Origin: Dimorphilus gyrociliatus
Lineage: Eukaryota; Animalia; Annelida
Length of the DNA: 64,000 nucleotides
Direction: 5' to 3'
Assembly: GCA_904063045.1 (NCBI GenBank)
Contig: CAJFCJ010000002.1
Coordinates: forward strand, 1,820,422 to 1,884,421
Shown one piece after another: positions 40,726 to 56,146 of the stretch; positions within the stretch are counted from its first letter, which is position 1, and each line of letters begins with the position of its first letter. The notes beneath the pieces were generated by a model, which made no database searches, was not told the origin of the DNA, and saw only the letters and a list, made by a program, of their open reading frames with translations. The position numbers and the translations under genes were made by a program.

Positions 40726-43700
40726 ATGAACTACAATAGATCACCTCAAACGATGAGAACTCCAGGTATGATTTATTAATTGTTCGAACTGAACGATATT
40801 ACGTTAGTTGTTATATAATTTACCTAAAGAACATATTGTTCTTGGTAACTCTTATCGCCATTTTTGCTAGGAATGGAAGTCGTTGTGAAGTATATTCAAA
40901 CAGACGATGTTGAACTGACTATGGTTAGTCTAGAAAGACTACCCAAAGATGCAGTTTCTGCAATGAGTATAAAGTTTGCTGGAAAACAATCATATAGCGG
41001 TATTGTAATAGTAAAGGATAAGACGATACCGGATGATCGTCGACCAGATACGATCAGACGCTTTACTACCTTCATGCAACAGAAAAATCAGAGTGGAGAC
41101 TCTCACCGGGTACTTATAATATTCTTCTATGATTGCACCTTGAGACCTGAAGGTCTATACCCATCCCAAACACACATACATATACTTAATTATATATACA
41201 ATACATATATATATATATATATATTAGTATATACATATGTGAGTTAGATTAGAATATTCTCATTTTATATTTACTAACTGTCTATCGGTTTAGTAATTAT
41301 CTTAGAAAGTACATAATTTCTAATTATCCTTTCATTTCAATTAATTTAAATAATAGGAAGCGAGAAGCATACGATTCTGGTTCGCTAATAACAATTATAA
41401 CGCTATCGAAAAGGAAGATATTGCCGATAATTTATTTGATGACCTCTTAGTACCGGAGAATTTTCCAAAAGGTTTGTGATTTACGCAAAATTATTCTAGA
41501 TATTATTTCACCTTGCATTTTTTTTTTAGAACTTTACGTATTAATTTTCTTATCATATTTTCAATTATACTTTTTAATAGTTAGAAAAACTGTTCTTTTT
41601 CTGATCTATTGTTCTTTTAAAAGAAACCGGAAATAGTTTTCGCATAAAAAGAATGTTCTTTTACTAAAAAGCATTGAAACTGATATTGCAAAACTCTAGA
41701 ATTTTTTTAAAATTATAAAGTTCAGTTATTGTCTTAAAATATCAGTATATACTTTTAGTCTATTTAAGAAATTCTATACTCCTGACTCATTTCTTTGGAA
41801 TGTTGATTTAGATTGAATTGCTAATTAGGGCCTTTTACACTTATATATTATATATACAGCAGTATACTTTATATATATATATATAGCAATATATAAGTAT
41901 TATGCGGGGGCGGGAAGGAGGAGAAAAAGAGTTGAAGGCATATTTGTTTTGTGAAATCTTTGTTTTGTAAAAAAATGTCAATTATATAGTAAATTATATC
42001 TTGTACTCCTTTATAAAAAATCATTGTTGTCTATTAAAGAATACTATATTTAAATTCCATTAATTAGATTATCTGAGATATATTCTCTTTATGGCCAAAC
42101 TCCTCCAAAAATATATCGAACTAGATAAGATGGAATTAGAATGGCGAAAAGCAAAAGATCACGAAGTGGATGAAGCCGCCTATGAAATGTCAGCCCCTCG
42201 TCTCGATTCATCAATGAACATAGGTAGGCCTTCAGATCTCAATTTCTATGACTGTAATTACACTGATAATTTACGACTTGATAATTGACTTTTAGGTGCC
42301 GGAACTAGTCAAACGTCGCAAAGCGGTCAAATTTTACATAAACCACCGGATCAATTACAGGACAGACATCAATCAGATTTACTTCATGTGACTTTAAACC
42401 AGTCGTCGTTTGACGAGGATGGCTCATCTGAATTTTCGACTATGAAGATTGGACCGAAAATGATACTTGATAAAAAAGTGTTCGTCTCGAAAAAAGGTTT
42501 TGAAATCTTGGGCCTAATCAGACAGTATCAAGTTGTCAAGGTCTTAGAAGATGCTTTTCCTAACAGCGTATCTGTTGAGCATGTGGCCAAGTAAGTCTTT
42601 CTCATTTTGAAAGAAGATTGCCAATAAAACAAGCTTGTTAAATGTGTTTTAAAAAAATAGATGCTGCGCACCAGTGTCATCTGATGCAGACAAATACGAT
42701 AGAAATCTATGTAAATGGAGAATTAGAGCCAAAGTAACAATGGACGTTCTGAGTAGAAAGGGAATTATTAAGGAAATAGGGGTGAAAACGGGAAAGTATA
42801 TCAGAGCAGTAGAACAGGCATCCGCTCCAGCTTCCTCTGCTGCAGCAGCTGTTGCAGAGGCCGAAGCTCTAGCCGCTGCCGATGCTAATAGTGCTAATGA
42901 ACGAGGTAATAGAAACAAAGGTTCCCTAAACAGACAGCCGTCATTCAAAGCAAGAGCCTTGCAGATAGATGAATTTGCCGGAGGTATTATTAATATACTT
43001 ATTTATTCTTTAACAAGATTGACACTCAAAAATTGTTTTTCCCGTTTAGAAACACATCACGTTAACAACATACCTATCCTTCCGACCGATGAACAACCTA
43101 CCGTTGCAGTTGTTACTCTGCTTTTCGAAGAGAAAATGGCAATTGATGCTTTGCTTTCTAATAGAAAAACTTATGTTAGAGCCAAGGTGACTGGGGAAGG
43201 TCAAGTTTACACTATTGGAAAAGTTGGCCGTCTTCGAGTTGTAACAACGAAATTGTCAAGAGTATCTGGAAGAGGAGCTATTGTAGCCGCTGGTAATACT
43301 ATAACACGATTACTTGGTACATTTTCGAAATTACAACACACTTTAATTATTGGAGTGGGTGGTGGCGTACCAGTTCATGATGGCAGTAATTTTCCCAGAG
43401 AGGGTGATGTTGTAGTATCTAGGCGATCTTTTGACGATGGTCCACTTTATACCCATGTCTCCACTATTGATAGAACAGAAGATGGTGAAATTGCTTATAG
43501 TCAACGAACATGGAAAGCTTCTGATCCAATTTTAGAAGATAAAATTAAAAATTTGGATGAAGGATTATTCAGTTTATACGTAGAGGATGTATTAAATTTT
43601 TTTGAGAGCCGTCGTGAAACGAGATTCTATAAGCCCGTTAGTGCACCACCACCCCAAGTATTTCATGGTCTCGTAGGTGCCAGTAAATTTTTATTACACG

Positions 43701-44011
43701 ATCAACAATATTTGATGGATTACGCATCGAAATTCCAACTCAAAGCGATGGACGCCGGCTTTGGAGCAGTGTTTGAATCATTGGAGGGTTCTCGTCACGA
43801 ATCTTTTCTAATTATCCGCGGTATCTCTGACCTAGTAAACGGAAATAAGCGAAACGAATGGCAGCAATATGCAGCTGTATTAGCTGCATGTTATGCTAGA
43901 CTATTATTGGAAGAACTCCAGCCAACACAACCTTCTCCCGTGAAAAAAGTCCCTAAGAAGTTATTTGAATTCGATACTAGACAAAACCCGTCGTCCCCCA
44001 CCTATGTATAA
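40726..44011 (+). CDS. Uncharacterised protein: N-terminal helical domain, winged-helix-like domain and C-terminal nucleoside phosphorylase (PNP_UDP_1/Pfs-like) domain
   Basis: Exons approx. 40726-40765, 40871-41110, 41357-41471, 42069-42226, 42296-42591, 42661-42983 and 43050-44011 join in frame. PNP-family motifs IIGVGGGVP, GDVVVS, IRGISD, WQQYAA..AA.YAR.LL. The wHTH-like segment is GLIRQYQVVKVLEDAFP.SVSVE.VA..AKVTMDVLSRKGIIKE. Confidence 0.85.
41195..41222. repeat. (TA)n-rich microsatellite, intronic
   Basis: Imperfect TA run. Confidence 0.8.
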
Positions 44012-44241
44012 GTGGAAATTAGTTGCTAGTAATATTTACTTGTGAAGCTTGTTATGATAAAAAAAATCGATATACATAGTTTATATTAATATACATAGTG
44101 TATGCTTATATGTATATTTCTATAAAAATATAGTTTTAATATCTAACTCTCCTCTCGAATTACAATTCACTCCTGAGACTGTAATTATCATAGGCTACGA
44201 AAAATAACTTATGGCCTTTCTATTTAATGGATATCGAATTT

Positions 44242-45872
44242 CTAACTTAGTCGTCTTAAACACGATGTCTCTCTTTCTGTAAGTTCTATTTTAGTTCCAC
44301 TCAACCTATGACAATCTATAATGGAACATGTACGATCTGGACGGCAAAACTGATAAGTGAGGTTTGAACAGGGTTCACAATGATCATTTGCCGCAGCCGA
44401 TTCGTTAGCAGAAGATATTGGCTCTGCTAATTTGACATGTTTTATACCTTCTGAGCTGGTATTATCGTTTTTATACGTCCCTAAGAGATTATCATGTCGA
44501 GAAACGTTATCTCTTTCTCTTATCTTTGTAAAGTCACTATCTTGATAGTAGCCATTATATTTAAGCCTTTTGAGAGGTTTTTTATTTAACTGTTTAGTTT
44601 GAATGGAAAATTTCTCTCCCTCTAAAACAACTTTTACAGGTTTTGGCATTCTTCAGAGACATTAAGATAAATTTACTATATTTACCTAAAGCATCTTTTA
44701 TTCTCCGTTTACAAATACAACAGTTAACTATAACAAGGACTAGAAATAGCATAAACGAAAAAGCAATTCCTGTCCTTTTTCCCCTTTTCTGAACGTCTAA
44801 TGATCCGTCTTCGCATTCCTTTAATCTTCAAAAGATATAATAGCTAATGATTAATTAAAAGTGACGGTTATAGAAATTTTCTCACAGTATTTCCAAGTTC
44901 ATAAAGGGTTTGTTATATATACTTTTTATTGATTTGCAATTTCTAGTTAAATATAACCAACATTCATAGACGAATGAAGCCGTTTGACAATCCTTTATGG
45001 TATTTAAATTGTTCTTAATATCAAGTTCAGGATTGACGTTTATCTCTTGAAAACATTTATTTAAGACTTTCATTCTAATTTCCTTATTTTGACAATTTTC
45101 TAAAAAAAATTTAGACAAGCAATTATCTCTCTTGTTAATAGTTATACAAACAATAGAAGTATATATATATTACCAGGTACCATCCATCTTTTTATACTAT
45201 AATACTTGGATAACTTTCTCACAGCCTTATTAAATCTATAATTTGAAGTTGTAAATAGTTTGTCTACTAACAAGTCAATTATGTAATAGAATATTCGGGG
45301 GCAACGAACGGTATTCATAACCTTTAGACAGTTGTAAAAAGATTTGAAAGAATACGATTCTTTTCTTTGGCATTCGGTAATTATTTGATAATAATAACAG
45401 TAAATTTCTATATCGCATTTTGTTGAATATTTATAAAATACTTTCAAATGATTTCCATTTGAAAATTGGCAATTCTCTAAAAAATCTAATGAGAAATTAA
45501 GGAAAAATAGATAAAAAGAAATCTAGAATATGCATATAAAGAAACAATAAACAAATTTGTAAATATTGCATAATAATTGAGATGTTTGTTTTGTTTTATA
45601 AATAACCCCTTACAGTTGGTTAAATTTAGATATTGTTCATATCGTAAAATAATACGCCCATGGCAAGCATTCAATAAGGCATTGTTGTAACAATCTAACG
45701 CTAAATCCAGTTTAGAACAATATGTAAAATCATTTTGCGTTTCTCCTAATAATCCTTGACAAATATCAAAATGCATTTGACAATATTCTCTACTTTTACA
45801 CGACAAACTAAGACATTCTTGTTTGTTTATTAGTTTTAAGAAAAATAAATATTTAATCAAATATTTCAACAT
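44242..45872 (-). CDS. Novel type I membrane protein with Cys-rich helical ectodomain repeats (about 443 aa)
   Basis: Exons 45872-45614, 45485-45174, 45126 (or 45099)-44886, 44825-44686 and 44621-44242 join in frame with matching phases. TM GIAFSFMLFLVLVIVNCCIC followed by KRR. No family confidently recognised. Confidence 0.68.
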
Positions 45873-46008
45873 TTAATATTCTGTATTCTATTATTATTTG
45901 AAAAACCCATACTACGTATATTTCTTTATTGAAACGTATTAAACTCGTTAAATTCCTTTAAATTGTTAGGATTCTGTATTGATATTCCTTTCAAAACAAA
46001 ATGGGACT

Positions 46009-46018
46009 ACGCATGCGC
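46009..46018. promoter_or_regulatory. NRF1-like motif (GCGCATGCGT on the minus strand) in a divergent promoter
   Basis: Lies between the ATG at 45872 (minus strand) and the ATG at 46391 (plus strand). Confidence 0.5.
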
Positions 46019-46390
46019 CTGTGTAAAAAAACATTTCTCACTACGGAGTTGTTATTGTTATTTTTTTTGTATTGAAATTCTTATATCCTAAGTGTGTGGG
46101 ATTGCCACCGAATCATAGAATATATCAATGATTTCTAAGTAAATTACAGCAGAGAGAGAATAAAGAAAAACTAGACAGGGAAGAGAAGAGAGCGAAGAAG
46201 AAGACAAAAGATACTTGAAATTTGATTGAAATTTATAAGAAACTATTAAACATAACACTTTAAACTTATGAACAACATGCAATAGATTTCTCAACGAATC
46301 TATAGCATTGTAGAAGGAATAAGGTGGACAAAAAGAAAGAAATATCTCTTATTATCAATTGAAATACTTGATTAAATTAGAAAAACAAAA

Positions 46391-51831
<5,441 letters not shown>

Positions 51832-51889
51832 ACTAATATCTTATAAGAAAGAAATGTAAATTGTAGATTATTTAATAAATGTAAATGTA

Positions 51890-51945
51890 TATCTCTTCTC
51901 TCTTTTTCCTTCTCTTTCTCTTTCTCTTTCTCTCTCTCTCTCTTT
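51890..51945. repeat. Imperfect (CT)n / polypyrimidine microsatellite in the MEGF 3' region
   Basis: ctctcttctctctttttcct...ctctctctctctttc. Confidence 0.75.
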
Positions 51946-52567
51946 CAGAATAAAATCTATAAATTAAACAACTATAAATAATAAACTATTGACTTGTATA
52001 TACAAAATACATTACACATATATTATTATGTTTTAATAGCAGTTGGAAAAATGTAGATTATATCTATAGATACATTCTTCAAAGAGTGCAAAGTACGCAG
52101 TTTTAAATAATTATGTATGTTTATTGAATTTTTGAATTAATAAGAATAAATAGTTCAGAATTTGCTTAATAATTTGCATAATAATGATTGAATATGTATA
52201 CGTATATTTATGCATGTATTAATGATGTGAAACCTTTATTTAGGTGCGTAAAATCGAGAGATTTTCATACTGATTCACCTATATACAATCAATATTGTAC
52301 CAAGCTTGTTACACAGCCAACTCCTTCTAGAGGTCATACGGTTTGAAAAGAGATTTATACATACGGGCGCTTAGTGCATACTGGAGACTATATAACCTTA
52401 GAGCGAGTTTGGAACTTCATTTAGACTTTTAAGTTGCATTAAGGAAAGACCAAAAAGGTAAAGCAAAAGAGTAATATGGTAAAGTATAATCTTTGCTTTA
52501 TTGATAAAAGAGAATAAGAAAATTAAAACTGTATTTTTTTCAAATTTTTCAGGACACAGGGAAAAGT

Positions 52568-53296
52568 ATGTTTAAATTAACTTATTTTGATATACAAGGA
52601 AGAGCTGAGCCTGCAAGATGCATGTTTGCATATGCTGGCTGTCGTTATGAAGATGAAAGAATATCCTATGAAGAATGGCCAAGTAGAAAATCTTTAACAC
52701 CTTTTGGTAAATTACCAGTACTGGAAGACTCCGGTATTGAGATCTGCCAGTCGACTACGATTAATCGATATTTGGCTAAAAAGTTTAATTTATTTGGTAA
52801 AGACGAAAAAGAATCTTTACTAATTGATATGGTCTGTGAATGCTGTTACGATATGGTGAAACCTTTGGAAAAGTTCGAATGTATCAGCTCTAAAGATATC
52901 GAAGGGAAGATGAAAGATTATCGTGAGAAAGAATTGCCAGATCTACTAAAGAACTTGGAAAACCTTGCTAAAAAATACGGAAGTAAAGGACATTTTGTCG
53001 GGAATCGAGTGAGTACTTTTAATTTTACTATTTTCGAGTTCATGCGTAAAAAAAGCGTTCTTTTTTTATAAAAATATTATTATTTTTACCTTGTCCGACA
53101 GATGTCTCTGGCCGACATTCTCTTTTACAATACATTCGATTATGGAATTAGAACATTCTATCAAGTATGTGATTCCAGTTGTCTAAAGAATTATGAACAC
53201 CTACAAGGAATTTGCGAAGAGGTAAAGTCGAATGGAAACATTGCTAAATGGCTAAATAAAAGACCAGTGGACCAATACAAATTTGTGAGAACTTGA
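52568..53296 (+). CDS. Glutathione S-transferase, sigma-class-like
   Basis: KLTYFDIQGRAEPAR.MFAY; TPFGKLPVLE; QSTTINRYLAKKF.L.GK; SLAD N-cap motif; WL.KRP. One intron at 53009-53101. Confidence 0.93.
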
Positions 53297-53480
53297 ATGA
53301 AGAGCTATGCCTGGCAGAAAACGAGAAGATTTTCCTTCAAAAATTTAATAAACTCCTATAGTATTTTGTCTGTATGTTTTCTTAACTTACATATTAAATG
53401 AAAGAAAGAGATAAAGAACGAAAGAAAAATAGATAGCTGTTAATAAATTAATTATCAATGTATATTTTCGCTATTTATAA

Positions 53481-54907
53481 TTATTTATGTAGGCCAACGG
53501 AAATTAAGCACTTGTCAAGCTGTTCTTTAGTCGAATATTCTGATATAAATTCCAAACCAACAAATTCTCTATATCCTATTTGTGTCATCTCTTCAAAAAG
53601 CCATTTATAATCTATCTTTCCTATTTTATCAAGATCATTCCTAAGTGGAACTTGAGCTGCTTGAATATGTCCGACCAATGGTAAAGCAATCTTTAAATCC
53701 TCTAAACAGATTTCTTCTTTAATAATATACAAATGAAAGAGATCCTGCTCAAAAGGGCACAATCAATCACATTTTATGTTTATTTACAAAACAAATTTAA
53801 TAGATATACCAAAAGTAATGCGACGTTTCCGTAACCTTTTGATCGAAAAAACTTGACGTAATCTACAGCTTGGAAGAGAATTAATCGATTAGACAATAAT
53901 CTGTATTTAATTATCTCAATTAATACTATTGATATAGGGATAGGGGAGGGGAATATAACAGTTATATTCTTTGTTATATTATTATAAATCGTTGTACAGA
54001 AAGTATATTTTAAAATACACTTAATCATTATTATATTGTATAGAAATATTATTCAATAGTGACAAGTAGGTTGTAGTTGTTATGTAGATATCTACTATAT
54101 ACGTATGTATGTAAATACTTTGTGGTTGTATAATTTCGTAGTAAGTAGCCGCAGTTAATAAAAACCTACTGGTATATTGTATTGTTTACAAACAGATCTG
54201 ATATTTCCTATTATATATTAATAGAAGTGAAAAATACGCTATTTTCTAGTTTGCAATGAGTTGTTACGCTTATTATATCTTATACCTTTATCAAAACTAT
54301 TTAAAAAACAGTTTGGCAAAGAATTCGAATTTATGGCTTCTATGAGAAGAGTTAAGCCCTCCTGAAAAAGAGAAGAAGCAAAGGATAATATAAATGATAA
54401 ATGCTTATATGATTTTAATCTAGTTTTCGTGTTTTTTTTATAATAGTGTCTTATTATAATACTTTTTTAAACGATTTGGCTGCGTATTCAATGTTTGACA
54501 AATAAGTTTCTTCTAGAACTTTCAGATTATCGTTGTCTGCAATTTTTCCAGATTGCATATGAATTCTGAAACACGTCAAGTAAACATATAAGTTTCAAGG
54601 TTGAAAACCAGTTCAAGTCAGGCCTGTACCTCTCGCATTTTAGAATTTTGGCATATCGTATAGATTGTTCCACATTCTCTTCAAACTCTTTCCTCTTTTC
54701 AGGCCTACATGCTATGGAATCTCGCGAATTTATGAGCACCTGTTTCAAGGCACACTCTGATAGGGTATCAGAAATCTGTTCGGCATCGATAACATACGGA
54801 TTTGCAGTTTCCACTGCTGTAAATCCCCAATTATTTGCTATTTGATATCGTTTTAGCAAGTCTTTTTCATTGGTAAAATGCCAATCAAGGTTAATAGCAG
54901 CCTGCAT
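53481..54907 (-). CDS. HYI: Hydroxypyruvate isomerase
   Basis: AAINL.W.F; GFTAVE; LINS; A.ILKC.RIHMQSG; LLIEAIN; DLFH; VGHIQAAQVP.R; GYREFVGLEF. Five exons assembled. Confidence 0.9.
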
Positions 54908-55043
54908 GTCGGTAAATTAATCAATCACATGATAAGAAGTCACATGATCTTTAAAGAGCCATCTAGTAGATTTTATTAAGATTTTATTGAGAAAAAAACA
55001 TTTGCAGTTTACAACTTTTTCAAAAAAAAAATTTTTCTAACAC

Positions 55044-55576
55044 TTATACTATAATTTCATAGTCACCCAACTCTTCATCACTGGGCAAATTGATAGTAGA
55101 TGGATCAACGAGGTTGGGATCAACTAAGGGTAGACCTTCTTTTTCCCGTCGGTGTAATTCTAGGTATGCTTCAGCTCGCGCCCAATGGTGCTTTCTATAG
55201 TCTGGATTATACATTAAAACAAAACCGGTGCCGATTAATCCTAGGGTGATGAAGGCAAGCATCGTAAGATGATGCATCGAATTGTCCGTATCTTTGCTTG
55301 TCAAATCATAACCTAGAGAGAGCAGGAAAAAATATTTTTATGTGTTGTCCAAGAGTATTTTAGTTGAAAAAACTGACCGTATGATATCCAATCTCGCTCA
55401 TCTTCTTTTAAAGGATTTCTATCAGCTTCAGTGACTATTAAAGACTCCTTCGTTTCTTTAGTCGAAGCAAAACATCTTTGTGTATAATTTGTGCTCAATC
55501 GCGAATGTCTTTGAGCTATCCTTACTAAATTATAACAATTTCTCCTTGAAAGAAAAACTCTCATTGCAGACGCCAT
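55044..55576 (-). CDS. NDUFB11: NADH dehydrogenase 1 beta subcomplex subunit 11 (ESSS)
   Basis: Mitochondrial presequence, WISYG.D, single TM segment, PDYR..HWARAEAYLEL.RRE.EGLPLVDPN.VDP..I.LPSDEEL..EII. Confidence 0.93.
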
Positions 55577-56146
55577 CTTTGTTTGTGTATGGCCGCAATA
55601 TATTGTCTACATCGTAACCATGGAATGGTGTATCATTTAATAAAAGTTTCCAAAGTCCATTTCACCAAATTATTGGGAAGTCGCTTAAAGTCTTCTAATT
55701 AAATTACATAATAGCTGGGGATATTTTAAATCAATATCAAGTTCATTTAGAAGTGTTCAGTAGATGGATAAGTTTTAGAAATATGGACTGGTTTTTTTGA
55801 GATATTCCACCTCTTTTGAACGTTTCAATGTTTGCAGATGGCGCCTCTATAGATCGGAGCTGGTATCAAGTTTCAATAGCCAAATTTGGATGGCCTAGCG
55901 TAAGTAAAATCAATCAATACCACTTTCTTAACATACCGAAATCGTATTTAACTTATACAACTACATTATATTTTTTTCCTACGTCATCAGTCGATCACTC
56001 TTAATTGGTAAAAAAAGCGGGAAAGAGAGAATATCACATGATTCGATTTATACGTTCGAAGGAAACGGCATGCTTATAAGATTACTGGAAGCGCTTTTGC
56101 GGGCGGTGCCTTTTATCTTTGCAGTACTGCAGTAACAGTTCACCGG

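Noticed and set aside
42984-43049. IINILIYSLTRLTLKNCFSRL segment in the 445-aa ORF
   Set aside because: A 66-nt stop-free GT-AG intron read through by the ORF finder, not a protein feature.
44651-44685. 35-nt micro-intron ending at the first AG after the TM exon
   Set aside because: Gives an immediate stop; the acceptor at 44622 (64-nt intron) restores the long tail ORF.
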